Shown here: one piece after another, positions 21,054-31,597 of the stretch | How positions within the stretch are numbered: position 1 is the first letter of the stretch | Layout of the letters: every line of letters starts with the position of its first letter | Source: a virus | Reading direction: 5' to 3' (one strand) | IMG/VR virus record: IMGVR_UViG_3300031688_000007 | Location: 7,215-71,214 of that record | DNA length: 64,000 bases | Made by a program: the position numbers and the translations under genes | Notes under the pieces: generated by a model | Told to the model about the DNA's origin: nothing | The model's input: only the letters and a program-made list of their open reading frames with translations | Databases searched by the model: none

Positions 21054-21593
21054 TTATGCTACGCCACGGTTCTTAACATACTTATCCGCAGCAGCTGTTG
21101 CTTGCTCAGTATTTAAGCCATTTTCACGCTCACGACGCTGTTGACGGTCAAATAGTTGATCATTAACTAAAGAACGCTGAGACTGATATTGCTTCTCGAA
21201 CGATCCACGTCTAAAGTCTAGGTCAGAGGCAGCCAGTTTACGTGCTTCGTTACCTAGGTATAGGCCACCCACTGCAGTTAGCGCAGAAATACCTGTTGCA
21301 GCCTTACCACCTTCACCACCCCAACCCCAAGGAGTATTCTGTCCTTTGGTAGTATCAGCCATCTGTGTGATTGACTTATATGGGAGTACTTGGTTAGCAC
21401 GTGCCTGCTGCTGCATTAACTCTGCAGGAGATGGCTGTAACGGTTGTGCGTAATTCGGCATCTGCCACTGTGACATACCCATGCTACCTTGCTGAGGTGT
21501 TGCCTGATTTGCAAAAGGCGCACTGGACATAAAGTTAGCGCCACCTGACTGCAATGGGCCCATGCCCTGCCCAAAGGTATTATATTCCGCCAT
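21054..21593 (-). CDS. structural/ejected protein (N4 gp52-like)
   Basis: Gly-rich hydrophobic stretch then charged helical C-terminus; synteny. Confidence 0.7.
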   Translation of the reverse strand: MAEYNTFGQGMGPLQSGGANFMSSAPFANQATPQQGSMGMSQWQMPNYAQPLQPSPAELMQQQARANQVLPYKSITQMADTTKGQNTPWGWGGEGGKAATGISALTAVGGLYLGNEARKLAASDLDFRRGSFEKQYQSQRSLVNDQLFDRQQRRERENGLNTEQATAAADKYVKNRGVA

Positions 21594-21623
21594 TGAAATT
21601 CTCCTAAATACATTATTAATAGT

Positions 21624-21652
21624 AGTTTACATTGTTATAGCTACTATGTGAA
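21624..21652 (-). promoter_or_regulatory. putative sigma70-type late promoter
   Basis: Minus strand TTCACA-N17-TAAACT upstream of AGGAG RBS. Confidence 0.4.
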
Positions 21653-21659
21653 TAGTTAC

Positions 21660-23693
21660 CTAACTTGCCTCCATTGGGCTAAGTTTAGGGAGTGTTAGTT
21701 TATTATCATAATAAGTTTCTAGTTGGTCATACACCAGCACACCTGGGTTCTGTGTAAGTGTCCTGGCAAAGAATGAGGTTGGTGCTTCATACGTACTAAC
21801 ACCTGCAAGAATACTTGTCACAATCAACTCGCTGTACTCTGTCTCCTCTAGCATGTCCTGCTTTTCTTTAAGGTCTTCCCACAACTCATTCGAGTCTTTA
21901 ACGAAGTCCTGCATATCTATCTGTAGATCTTTCATCTGCTGCGATAGATAGGCGTTACCTACAGCGCCCACTACATTTATTAACTGCATTGGGTCTGAGA
22001 GACTAAAGGTAGAGAAGTCAAAACCAGACTCTCCACCAGCTGTATTGCCATAGTAGGACACTGCAAGTATCACTAGTGCCTTTAGGTATGGATCATCTAT
22101 CATCTCAAGGACAATCTCTAGAACCATATTAATAGCCACAGCCGTAGCAAACGCTGCATAGAATGCTGCCGCAGTCGTTCCTCCATCTTGTATATAAAGT
22201 GCAATAAGCACTGTAATAGCAATAATCACATACTTCTTTATAGCCCGCCAGATCTCCTGATACCACTTTAGGTAGTATTCAGTGAGTGAGTGACTGACTA
22301 TTACAAAGCTCTCAACAAACACCTGTTCCTTAAGCTCAAGGGTAGGCAGCTGCGCTACTACTCCATGGATCAGAGGAATACAGAAGTTGTCATAGTCCAA
22401 ATGTGTATCGTCAGTAGATACATTAATTGTAACCGTCTTAGTGGCCCCAGAGGGGTAGTCTACGACAGTATGTGCAATGACGCCTGCAATGACTAACTTG
22501 CGGTGAGTAGTAGCTCCTGGAGCGCTAGGAGCGTACACAGTGATAGACCCACTTGGTACATTGATCTCTAGCTGTTGAAACTCGAACACCTGGCCAGCGA
22601 CAATACTACTATCATAGGTAGTTCGCACACCTGACTCAACTGTACTGGTTATAGACTCGAATTCTAACTTAAAATTGTAGTCACTCTCTGAAATGTTTAC
22701 AGAGTAGTTTGACTGAGACCACGTAGCGCTACCCGTACTAGGATCCACATGATTCAAGTAGATAGCATCGAAGAACTCAAATAAGTAAGCCCTACCTGCC
22801 TGTGTAGTAGAATTTATGTTGATAGCGTTTAACAAGAAGACGTCTGTTATATGGTTCTCTTCATTACCCACATCTGTAGGTATACCCTCTTTAATAGCCT
22901 CAAACACTCCTACAATAGGGAAGCTTAAGCTAGTGAGTAAGTCTTTGGCATCGTCGTACTCAGCCTTACGGGAAGCATGGTCAATGAACACACTATCCAA
23001 CATAAGTGGGTAGATTGGGTAGGCTACAAAGTCATCTGAGTTAGCGTACGTATTAAATATATCGTGGAATAAATGAGCGTCTGTCACCGCCGGGGTGTAA
23101 AGTTTTACCTTAGCTAGGCCCAGGTGGGTATAGGAATATCTTACTACTTTTATGTTGTGCCCAACAGATCTGTAACCTGTCTTAGTAGTAGTACTAATAA
23201 CTGTGCTGCCACTGTCTAGAATTGTCTCTACATAAGTAAAGGTTGCATCATCTACATAAGATACGCTGGAATACACCTTGGTGAATGAGGCACCTGACTC
23301 TGTGTAAGTGTAGGAATGAACTGAGGCATCATATGTACCTATAGGGGATTGTACTGCGTCCAATTGATCCATAGCAGAAGCTACCGTGTATGCGGTGCCT
23401 GTTATAGTTGGGGTGCCCTCTGGGAATGCCAAGCTCAGGAAGTAGTCCGCATTACGTAGAGGACTAGTCTGAGTTATAGTTGGGAGTTTGTGTACATAAG
23501 AGGTTTTAGCTCTGTTTATGTAACTAGTGGCTGAGGTATACCTATTATTAATAAGCACCCTCTTAACCGCTGCAGCAACTGTTAGGCCCCTACTATGGGC
23601 CGTCATTACTGCCTTTCGCATTGTTGGGATGGTTGCTTCCATCTCCCCAAATACCGGGGAGGTGTGAGCTCGTGCTTCTCTAGTCCAACCCAT
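21660..23693 (-). CDS. structural protein (N4 gp53-like)
   Basis: YLFEFF, F.IPL, KWYQ followed by hydrophobic segments; synteny. Confidence 0.75.
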   Translation of the reverse strand: MGWTREARAHTSPVFGEMEATIPTMRKAVMTAHSRGLTVAAAVKRVLINNRYTSATSYINRAKTSYVHKLPTITQTSPLRNADYFLSLAFPEGTPTITGTAYTVASAMDQLDAVQSPIGTYDASVHSYTYTESGASFTKVYSSVSYVDDATFTYVETILDSGSTVISTTTKTGYRSVGHNIKVVRYSYTHLGLAKVKLYTPAVTDAHLFHDIFNTYANSDDFVAYPIYPLMLDSVFIDHASRKAEYDDAKDLLTSLSFPIVGVFEAIKEGIPTDVGNEENHITDVFLLNAININSTTQAGRAYLFEFFDAIYLNHVDPSTGSATWSQSNYSVNISESDYNFKLEFESITSTVESGVRTTYDSSIVAGQVFEFQQLEINVPSGSITVYAPSAPGATTHRKLVIAGVIAHTVVDYPSGATKTVTINVSTDDTHLDYDNFCIPLIHGVVAQLPTLELKEQVFVESFVIVSHSLTEYYLKWYQEIWRAIKKYVIIAITVLIALYIQDGGTTAAAFYAAFATAVAINMVLEIVLEMIDDPYLKALVILAVSYYGNTAGGESGFDFSTFSLSDPMQLINVVGAVGNAYLSQQMKDLQIDMQDFVKDSNELWEDLKEKQDMLEETEYSELIVTSILAGVSTYEAPTSFFARTLTQNPGVLVYDQLETYYDNKLTLPKLSPMEAS

Positions 23694-23704
23694 CTATTAC
23701 TCCG

Positions 23705-24604
23705 TTATGGCGTCGCAGTAGAATATTCTAAACCAGTGCCTCTAACAGCGTTCTTCAGCACGTTACCAATCTCTGTATTTGTAACAGGGATAACGTATGC
23801 GTTTGGATCGGTACCCTTAGCAATCTGCCAGATCTCACTAACTAACTTAGCAGCCTTCTGCTCTGCGTCTCGTGCGAATCCATCCTTCTGGGCAACATAC
23901 AGGTCTTGTTGCTTAGTCACTAGAAGAGTTTGCTGCACTTCAGTCAATGCTTTCTTATCAAGCACGGACTTCTCACTACCCATCTTAAGCACTTGCTGTG
24001 CTTTAACTAGCAGGTCTTGTGTAGATTGGGAATCATTACGAGTAGTGCCAGCAGTTGTCTCAGCTACTTGAGCAGCAGACAATGCAACAGCACTAGTTAG
24101 TTGATCACGCTGCTTAGCGGAGGTATCTAGACCATCCTGAAGCTGTACGTTAGCTCTAGAAGTACCATCAACACTTTCAGCCATCTGCACATGGATCAAA
24201 TCAATTTGGTTATCAATTTGAACACGTTGCTTAAGGCTAGTGTTTAAAGCATCTTGTAACTGGATATTGGCACGCGATGTACCATCTAGCTGCTCTTGTA
24301 CCTGAGTGTCTACCAATACGATACGAGAGTTAATCTCCTCACGCTGCTTTGATCCACTAATCAGGTCATCGTTTAATTTGGTCAAAGCCATCTCTGCTTG
24401 CTGCTCACCGAGTACAAACGACACGGACTGTTGCATTGCAGACTGAACTGCACCGAGGTACACAGTAGCGTACTCAGCACCTGTAATACGGCCCTTGCTA
24501 TATTGATCAGTGAGGTGGGCAGTAACTGAAGCCATAAGCTTATCGAACACACCTGCACCCGACAATGTTCCTTCAGTTATCTCTGTTATAGCAATAGTGG
24601 GCAT
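23705..24604 (-). CDS. structural protein (N4 gp54-like) with 39-aa repeats
   Basis: G.GVFDKLM...HL..QY..GRITGAEYA.VY N-terminus; F.RDAEQKAAK C-terminus. Confidence 0.8.
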   Translation of the reverse strand: MPTIAITEITEGTLSGAGVFDKLMASVTAHLTDQYSKGRITGAEYATVYLGAVQSAMQQSVSFVLGEQQAEMALTKLNDDLISGSKQREEINSRIVLVDTQVQEQLDGTSRANIQLQDALNTSLKQRVQIDNQIDLIHVQMAESVDGTSRANVQLQDGLDTSAKQRDQLTSAVALSAAQVAETTAGTTRNDSQSTQDLLVKAQQVLKMGSEKSVLDKKALTEVQQTLLVTKQQDLYVAQKDGFARDAEQKAAKLVSEIWQIAKGTDPNAYVIPVTNTEIGNVLKNAVRGTGLEYSTATP

Positions 24605-24613
24605 ATAAGTACC

Positions 24614-24916
24614 TTAAAATTTAACAGTAGAAGAGTATGTGGTGTCTACAGTCACTGCGTTTACATTCGTAACGTGAGCTACGTTTGTAGACGTCAGCAT
24701 CTCATATCGCCACACACCTTTCTTATTTAATACATCTGAGAACGTAATAGAGCCCGCTGCAGATGTAGTTGGGACTACGTCAGTAGTTAGTGCAACACTA
24801 GAAAAGATACCATCAGGATCCACTGCACGTACGCTGATAGCGTCTGCAGCTACTTCACCACTCTTTAATAGAGGACGGGTAATTGTAAAAGTAACAGTGG
24901 AGCCTACGGTATACAT
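24614..24916 (-). CDS. small beta-rich protein, possibly Ig-like virion protein
   Basis: 100 aa, Thr/Val-rich, G.W.Y motif; AGGA RBS. Confidence 0.55.
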   Translation of the reverse strand: MYTVGSTVTFTITRPLLKSGEVAADAISVRAVDPDGIFSSVALTTDVVPTTSAAGSITFSDVLNKKGVWRYEMLTSTNVAHVTNVNAVTVDTTYSSTVKF

Positions 24917-24928
24917 ATAATCTTCCTA

Positions 24929-25498
24929 TTATTCGTCGCTAACTAGCGCTTGTTGACGAGCCAAGTTACGGATCTCTTCTGGTGTCAGAGGAGTTAATAC
25001 ATCAACACTGAACTCAGGTACCAGCTTACTCTTACGAGTCTTGGCTCCACTAGGCGCAGTAGATGTATAAAATACAGAGCACTTACGCTCTTTAATCATG
25101 TCAAATATGATGTTTGGTACGTGCCAGCCATCTGGTGCATCAAACGGTACATATTTTTTAAATGTACCCAACTTAGCCGAACCTACAGAAAAGATCTCTC
25201 CTTCCCAGTTCTTCTTGTTTGGATTCATACAAGTAATTCGTATACGAACAAGCTTCGAGGCTTCTTTACGTATTACAGCGATTGCCTGACTCTTAGAAAG
25301 AGGGGCTTTAGCTGCCTTTACTACTACTTCTTCTTCATCGTCTTCTGGGGTTAGTGCTTTGTTAACTAAATTACGCAGCTTGGTTACACCAGTGTTATGA
25401 CGGTACTCAATACCCAATTGGGTAGCTCGTGCTCGTAGAGAGTCTAATTCACTAGGAATTTCGTTATCTTCTACATCTTGTTCAATTTCATCGTTCAT
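24929..25498 (-). CDS. N4 gp55-like protein
   Basis: KLVRIRITCMNPNKK..EGEIF, KYVPF, GWHVP, PLT.EE...LA. Confidence 0.85.
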   Translation of the reverse strand: MNDEIEQDVEDNEIPSELDSLRARATQLGIEYRHNTGVTKLRNLVNKALTPEDDEEEVVVKAAKAPLSKSQAIAVIRKEASKLVRIRITCMNPNKKNWEGEIFSVGSAKLGTFKKYVPFDAPDGWHVPNIIFDMIKERKCSVFYTSTAPSGAKTRKSKLVPEFSVDVLTPLTPEEIRNLARQQALVSDE

Positions 25499-25539
25499 GT
25501 GCTTCTACCTTTTTAAAAGAGGGTGATACCTCTGGATAT

Positions 25540-25566
25540 GAAAAAACCTCCCCCGAAGGAGAGGTT
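25540..25566 (-). terminator. Rho-independent terminator after major capsid gene
   Basis: Minus strand AACCTCTCC-TTCG-GGGGAGGTTTTTT. Confidence 0.85.
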
Positions 25567-25582
25567 ATATTATACCGTTACT

Positions 25583-26761
25583 TTAAATTTCAGCAACAGT
25601 CTTAAGTACTGCCAAGCGCTCTGCACGCAAAATCATAGTACCGTAGTACCACTTGATGCTGTAGAAGCCAGTCTCGCCGTATGGGTCAGAAGAACTATGG
25701 TTCTCACTAGGACGTACGTGCTTGATCTTGAACTTAACAGACTTGCCATCAGTTTGGAAACCGATAGTAGTAAACGCGCCTTCACCAACAACCATCATTG
25801 GGAATACGTCGTAGTTAGAGCCAGTAGCATAGTAGCCAGCGTTAGCTGATTCTGCTGCACCAACACCTGCCCACTTCATCATCTCAGGAACTTCTACGAT
25901 GCGGAAGCTGTCTACTGAACCAATCTCACCACGGATTACACTGCCGGCCTGTGCGTACTGTGCAACAGGGATAAAGGCTTTGTTTGAATGGTAATCGGTC
26001 ATCTTCATGATCGCAGGGATCATTTCAGAACCAACGTACATAACACGTGCAGCGTTAACTACCTTAGTGTCTACCATGCGCGAACCAGAGATTACTTTGG
26101 TTTGCTTAGGCGTACGGTTGTTGTTTAGCTCAATGCTAAGCTTAACTAGATCGTCATAATCTACAGCTGTGATTGCACCAGTCTCACCAGATAAAGTAGC
26201 AGGAGTAGTTGCTGTACCAGCAAAGCGTACAACACCAGCACCGTTCAACAAGTCAATCTGAAGTTGATCTTCAGTGATCTCGTTAGCAGCTTTAACAGAC
26301 TCGGTAGTGATGTGCTGAAGTAATTCAGAATCAGAATCGAAGTCCAAAGACTCTTGAGTGTACTCATCGAAGAAACCAAACTTCTCGATAGTGCCTTCAA
26401 GTTCTAAACGCTTCATACCAACACGGTTAACACGACCACCAGCTTCAGACAAAGCAGGAATCTTGGTAGCGATAACACCAACGTCTTTAGAAGAACCATA
26501 CAAGTTACCGTCAGCAATGACAGTACCAGCAGCGTTGATGCCCTGGTCGTTCACGTTACGTGCATCTAGGATAGGCATGTAATGGAAGCGCTTGATAGTC
26601 TTACCCATGTTTTTAGGCATGGCAGTAACGTCAGCTAACTGGCCGAAGTATTGTTCTTTTGCGGCTTCTACAAGAGCTTTCTTGTGGAAGTAATCGGTAC
26701 GGATCTGACTACCAATGTCAGAGGCCGTGCCACCTTTTGGGTCGTTATAAGTTTGACTCAT
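25583..26761 (-). CDS. major capsid protein (N4 gp56-like)
   Basis: MPKNMGKTIK.FHY.P.LD.RN.NDQGI, LSE.GGRVNRVG, DPYGETGF.SIKWYYG. Confidence 0.95.
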   Translation of the reverse strand: MSQTYNDPKGGTASDIGSQIRTDYFHKKALVEAAKEQYFGQLADVTAMPKNMGKTIKRFHYMPILDARNVNDQGINAAGTVIADGNLYGSSKDVGVIATKIPALSEAGGRVNRVGMKRLELEGTIEKFGFFDEYTQESLDFDSDSELLQHITTESVKAANEITEDQLQIDLLNGAGVVRFAGTATTPATLSGETGAITAVDYDDLVKLSIELNNNRTPKQTKVISGSRMVDTKVVNAARVMYVGSEMIPAIMKMTDYHSNKAFIPVAQYAQAGSVIRGEIGSVDSFRIVEVPEMMKWAGVGAAESANAGYYATGSNYDVFPMMVVGEGAFTTIGFQTDGKSVKFKIKHVRPSENHSSSDPYGETGFYSIKWYYGTMILRAERLAVLKTVAEI

Positions 26762-26788
26762 TGTAATACATCCTTAATAAATAGTAAT

Positions 26789-27958
26789 TTAAACAAACTT
26801 ACTAGCAGACATCTTCTCGAACTCTTCATCACTCATGTTGAGGACGTCAAATTGAGCCTTTGACTTACTAGGCTTACTTTTTGTAGAACCCGCAGCTTTT
26901 CGCTTGTCTTTAAGCTTTGGATCTACAGGATTGTTTGCCTTATTAACACTATTTGATTTGGATGTACTAACTGGTTGGGTTGGAGTGGCCTGTACAGGGT
27001 CACCAAAACCTCCATTAGCATTGATCGCATCGCCTACTTGTTTATAAGCCTCAATATCAGAGAGACCGTTAAGTCTTCCTAAAATTCGCTCCCGTTCTAC
27101 AACTTCACTGACCTTCTTGAATATGCCAGATCCAACATGCTCGTTGATAACCTTAATGATATTAGGGTCTTTGGCGATTATGTCTTTGGACGTTTCGTCC
27201 CACTTATTACCAATGATATCAATAGTAGTGTTAAAGGTGCTCGTGTCTCGAATATCATCGAGTATCCCGTCCAGTGCTACTTCGTTATCAGAGACATTGT
27301 AAGTGTTGGGCTTATATGCAATGTTGTCTGTGTCAATATCTAATGGATCTAGTCCACTATCCTTCACTAGCTTCTTGATTGCCTCAGGATCTTTTTTACT
27401 GAGATCAATCAGGTAGCTAAGTTTTCCTTCGTCCAGTAAGCCATGGTTATCTAACATCTTAACAACCTTCAGATTAGGCTTTAATGCCGCCATCTTCTTG
27501 TTGTAGTTAGCACCCATTTGCATCAAGGAGCGGGCATCTTCTACCGTATCAACCTTAATGTCCTTACCATTAGCCTTAAACGGGCTAAGTAACGCTTCAT
27601 ACTGAACTTTATAGTCTATTTCACCTTTAGAGTCAACTTCAGGCGCTTCAGGATCCCCAGAATCTTCTTCTGCAGGACTTTCAGCTCCGTCCGGATCATC
27701 ATTAGGCTCGTCGTCAGAATCAGCTTCAGGGGCTGTATCAGCCCCTTCAGCTTCTTCCTCAGGTTCGTCACTTGAATCTGTATCATCATCGTCGTCTTCC
27801 TCGTCACCATCTACTGAATCGGTTACCTCAGAGTCAGCTTCTTCAGCTGGGGTCTCAATAACTTCTTCTGTGTCTAGACGAGCCAGCTCTGCTGCAATAG
27901 CGTCATTGATCTCATCATCGGGCAGGTCAAGGATATTAACTTCTTCGGAGTCTGACAT
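26789..27958 (-). CDS. N4 gp57-like (probable scaffold) protein
   Basis: Acidic N-terminus, PFKANGK, LMQMGANY.KKM; upstream of MCP. Confidence 0.85.
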   Translation of the reverse strand: MSDSEEVNILDLPDDEINDAIAAELARLDTEEVIETPAEEADSEVTDSVDGDEEDDDDDTDSSDEPEEEAEGADTAPEADSDDEPNDDPDGAESPAEEDSGDPEAPEVDSKGEIDYKVQYEALLSPFKANGKDIKVDTVEDARSLMQMGANYNKKMAALKPNLKVVKMLDNHGLLDEGKLSYLIDLSKKDPEAIKKLVKDSGLDPLDIDTDNIAYKPNTYNVSDNEVALDGILDDIRDTSTFNTTIDIIGNKWDETSKDIIAKDPNIIKVINEHVGSGIFKKVSEVVERERILGRLNGLSDIEAYKQVGDAINANGGFGDPVQATPTQPVSTSKSNSVNKANNPVDPKLKDKRKAAGSTKSKPSKSKAQFDVLNMSDEEFEKMSASKFV

Positions 27959-27959
27959 A

Positions 27960-28292
27960 TCATAACTCCTCTGCTAATAGTTCCTGACGAGTTTCCTCGT
28001 CTTCCTTAATACCCTGCTCAGCCATGCGTCCAATCTGCATTACCGTATTCAAGTACTGTCTGAAGTGACCAACAGCTGTGATGCTGTCATTGATGTTCTT
28101 CTGTACCCGGTCTTCCTGCATTGAAGGATCTGCCCTTAGAATAACTAAGCGACTTGCTTCATCTACAAAATAACCATCATCTATTAGTGATTTAAAATCC
28201 TTATTCTTTATAAGGCGTAATAAACCATCCATCTTAGCTACATCTTGACGCGCTGCATCAATACTAACTTCGATCTGCTCAATTTCACTCAT
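27960..28292 (-). CDS. N4 gp58-like protein
   Basis: L.RL..N.DFK.LI..GYF..EA.RLV; between portal and gp57. Confidence 0.8.
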   Translation of the reverse strand: MSEIEQIEVSIDAARQDVAKMDGLLRLIKNKDFKSLIDDGYFVDEASRLVILRADPSMQEDRVQKNINDSITAVGHFRQYLNTVMQIGRMAEQGIKEDEETRQELLAEEL

Positions 28293-28345
28293 TTCAGTCT
28301 ACCTTTGTGTCCCCCAGCTTTACCTGTAGGTTATCTTGGTTTAAT

Positions 28346-30433
28346 TTAAATACGGGTTGCTGGTGCCTCGCCACCTTTTAACATATTCTCTGCAGCCTTT
28401 AGATCAAGGGCAGAGCGTCTATCAAAATCTTTCTTCTGTAACTCTTTGTCTACATCTGCTCCAGACTCACGCTCTAGGAACGTTAGGTCTTCGCTGTCAG
28501 ACTTACTCTCTAAGTTACGAGTCTTAGCCATCTTAAGCTGAACATCAACTTGATTCTCTTGGGCTTTAGCTTGCTCATTAGCAATCTGGGCCCGCTTCAT
28601 CTCCATCTCCAATTGATGCATCTCTTCTGCCATTGGATCAGGTTGTGGCTGGTACTCTTTAATTCTTTTAGCTAGTGCCGGCATCTTACGTAGCGTGGCA
28701 ATCTCTTCTAATAGCATTTGACCCATTGAAGGATCCATTGAGTTGCCCATAGTCTGTAGCATGAATGCTAGCTCCTGGGCTTTCTCATTATCTGTCTCAG
28801 CGGTACTAATAGTAAGTCTAAGGTCAAAGTTGCCTGCTAGGTCATCTCTACGTACCTGAACGAACTCTTCGTTGGTAATACGTACAGTCTCTTCCTCAGA
28901 CAAGAACTCAGCATTCATAGCTAAGATTTTACGACCTGCTTCACTAATACAAGTAGCTAATCGACGTAGTATACCTAACTCACGCTTACTTGTGGCATCT
29001 AATGTGCCCCGTATGCCTGTAGCTGTTGATCCAAGTGCTTGACCAGACAAACCTGAAGAGAACGCTTTAACACCTGTTAGAGACTCTGCTTCCTGGTTCT
29101 GTAGTCCAATCATCGCTTCAGCTGACTTAGGAATCTCTGGATAAGCACCCATATGGAATGCTTGTCGTGGATCTACCTGGGCGTTGAACTCGTAGTCTAG
29201 ACCCCGTTCATACTTACGACGGTTCGTGACGTCTAATGCATCCTTACGGATACCTAGCTGACCGTTAGCAGAGCGACCCATGATATCAATCATACCGCGA
29301 GTTACTGCACCTACAATCTTTTGATTATCTTCTAGTAGTGCACCATCTGGCTCACCATAGCTTGAGTTACGCTTAGGTAACATCTGAGCCATAACAAAAG
29401 GAATCTGTTGGTCAGGGAAGGGGTTAGCCTCCATACGTATAATTGTGTCACCAACATAGGTGGCTACAATGGGTTCTACGATACCTGTCTTGTTAATGTC
29501 CCAGTAGCCCCAGTACTCATATGCAACAAACTTCTGACGAGGTTTATCTTTAAATGAGAATGCAGCTTCCTCAATAGAGGAGACATGATCTGGCTCCGCT
29601 AATAATGAGTTACCAGTAATATTAATTTTATCTAGATTAGTATATCTACCATCTTTCTTAAGTCCTGATAGGTCAGTCTCAAAGCTATAAATTAGGAACT
29701 GTGCCTTCTCAATGTCACCCTTACAGGTTGGATCTAGTATTACATTGTCTAGTTCACATACTTCTAGTGTAGGCTGGTTCTTAACGATCTGAGTTTCCTC
29801 AACCATCTCAGTACCAGTCTGCACTTCCTCATATGGAGGGATGCCCTGAGCAGCCATCTGAGCTGCTTGCATAGGATCCTGTACTGGAACCTGCTCCATA
29901 ATAGGGCGTTCTACTTCTACAATCTTGTCTTCATATTCCCAGCCCACGCGAAGAATTACTGTGCCTTCGTCAACTGCAGCCCGGATGTACTCATCAATGA
30001 AGCGATTCTTCTTAATCTTAGTGTTGAACTGGTTATTCAAAACTAATTGATTCTGTATAGCACCTTCTTTGTCTTCAAAGGTAATGGGTTCTACATTGAA
30101 CACATCCTCTGTAGATAGGAATGGTTCACTGAGGGCAGCATAGCGCCATTCAGCCTGTTTACGAATTAGCTTAGGCGCTACGGCGCTACGCCCCGTGCGC
30201 TTGGTAATTGCAGCCTTGCCCTCAATGTTGAGGTTATCGACCCAAGTGTTTACCTTAGCCATCTGTAATTGGTGAGCAGGTAGTGCCTCTGTATAGTCTG
30301 CCTTCAAGTCAGCTACTTTGGGAGCATTCTCCCATTCAGTTAACTCTACAGTGCTTTCACTGTACAGATTCTTATCAGATGATTCATCTGAATATACTAC
30401 TTCTTCATCAAACTTTTCTGACATGTCGTCCAT
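28346..30433 (-). CDS. portal protein (N4 gp59-like)
   Basis: PKLIRKQAEWRYAALSEPFL, GAVTRGMID.MGRSAN.Q. Confidence 0.95.
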   Translation of the reverse strand: MDDMSEKFDEEVVYSDESSDKNLYSESTVELTEWENAPKVADLKADYTEALPAHQLQMAKVNTWVDNLNIEGKAAITKRTGRSAVAPKLIRKQAEWRYAALSEPFLSTEDVFNVEPITFEDKEGAIQNQLVLNNQFNTKIKKNRFIDEYIRAAVDEGTVILRVGWEYEDKIVEVERPIMEQVPVQDPMQAAQMAAQGIPPYEEVQTGTEMVEETQIVKNQPTLEVCELDNVILDPTCKGDIEKAQFLIYSFETDLSGLKKDGRYTNLDKINITGNSLLAEPDHVSSIEEAAFSFKDKPRQKFVAYEYWGYWDINKTGIVEPIVATYVGDTIIRMEANPFPDQQIPFVMAQMLPKRNSSYGEPDGALLEDNQKIVGAVTRGMIDIMGRSANGQLGIRKDALDVTNRRKYERGLDYEFNAQVDPRQAFHMGAYPEIPKSAEAMIGLQNQEAESLTGVKAFSSGLSGQALGSTATGIRGTLDATSKRELGILRRLATCISEAGRKILAMNAEFLSEEETVRITNEEFVQVRRDDLAGNFDLRLTISTAETDNEKAQELAFMLQTMGNSMDPSMGQMLLEEIATLRKMPALAKRIKEYQPQPDPMAEEMHQLEMEMKRAQIANEQAKAQENQVDVQLKMAKTRNLESKSDSEDLTFLERESGADVDKELQKKDFDRRSALDLKAAENMLKGGEAPATRI

Positions 30434-30490
30434 ACCTTAAAATAATTGCTGTATCGTACCACATACACCATACATATTATAATTGTAAGC

Positions 30491-30934
30491 CTATTTGAGC
30501 TTAATGCCGGAGAACTTACCGGACATTAACTTCGTGAGCATTCCACGCATTCCAAACTTAACAACGTATACACCAATAACTAAATACTGATACCACTCAG
30601 GCATAGCAGCGAATGACTCAAATGCTGCTGTTATCTCTGTTTGGTAACCCATGAATGATGCTGCTATAGGAATCAGCAGCAGGGCTATCATAATCTCATC
30701 TAAGAAGGACTTATCCATCTGCTTCATGGCTACCAGGTCTAGATTAAACTCTTGAGTCTGACCACTATCTGCTAGTTTGTTAGCTGCTCGTACACCTGCA
30801 ACCTTCACGTCAGCTTCTGCCTGTAGACCAATAATAGCTGCTGCTTGTTTAGCTTTAGCTATATCGTTCTTACCACTTAAATAAGTCTTGCCTAAGTCAG
30901 CTATTGGGCCAACTAGTGATGAGAAGATACCCAT
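30491..30934 (-). CDS. membrane protein, holin-like
   Basis: 2-3 hydrophobic segments, S..DE and MP.WYQY motifs; adjacent to endolysin. Confidence 0.6.
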   Translation of the reverse strand: MGIFSSLVGPIADLGKTYLSGKNDIAKAKQAAAIIGLQAEADVKVAGVRAANKLADSGQTQEFNLDLVAMKQMDKSFLDEIMIALLLIPIAASFMGYQTEITAAFESFAAMPEWYQYLVIGVYVVKFGMRGMLTKLMSGKFSGIKLK

Positions 30935-30935
30935 A

Positions 30936-31322
30936 TTAATCCTTCAGTTCAAAGTGAGGCATATCCTGCCAACTCTTCCAGTTACCGCCCCATTTGAGCC
31001 TATAACCTAACTGGGCTGCTGCTTGTAGCATTGCTGCAGCAATCAGGGCAAGATGAAGCTTGTCCCAGCTTGCTTTGCCGTCAACGTAAGCGTACACGTC
31101 AAGTGCTTTTCCCGACTGATGGTAGGATTTGTTGTTTCTGCCGTCAGCCTTAGAGACTCCTGAGGTGAACAATGCGGCTTGATCTTCAGTGGTACGCAGC
31201 CCGCCAGTAGAAGGGATACCGAAATCAATATTAGAGATGGATATTGCAAGGTCACTGATCTCTATTAAGCGAGGATCTACACCTGCACGGTTGTTTAATG
31301 AATTTTGGCCTAGTTTGAACAT
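30936..31322 (-). CDS. endolysin, M15 family L-Ala-D-Glu peptidase
   Basis: GLRT..DQ, SYHQSGKALD, WGGNW..W.D.PHFEL. Confidence 0.9.
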   Translation of the reverse strand: MFKLGQNSLNNRAGVDPRLIEISDLAISISNIDFGIPSTGGLRTTEDQAALFTSGVSKADGRNNKSYHQSGKALDVYAYVDGKASWDKLHLALIAAAMLQAAAQLGYRLKWGGNWKSWQDMPHFELKD

Positions 31323-31324
31323 GG

Positions 31325-31597
31325 TTAACCTCTAAGGACAACAGCTACACCAGCAACGATGGTAGCTATAAGTAATCGGACAAACCATTCATTAGCACTA
31401 CTAGTTCTTGTGACCAGGGCCAACTTAACTGCATGCTCATCAATGGTTTCACTGTGTTTATTAAGACGCCTATCTTGCATCTCATTGTGGGTTATTAACC
31501 CGTCAATCTTTGTGTCTATTTCTACGAGCTTAATCATAGCATCGGCTAGCTTATCTATCTTCGCTTCTAACCGATCAAATCTAACATCAGCTTCCAT
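31325..31597 (-). CDS. holin/antiholin-like protein (coiled coil + C-terminal TM)
   Basis: Start ATG 31597 after GGGGGA; heptad N-terminus, one C-terminal TM; directly upstream of endolysin. Confidence 0.6.
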   Translation of the reverse strand: MEADVRFDRLEAKIDKLADAMIKLVEIDTKIDGLITHNEMQDRRLNKHSETIDEHAVKLALVTRTSSANEWFVRLLIATIVAGVAVVLRG

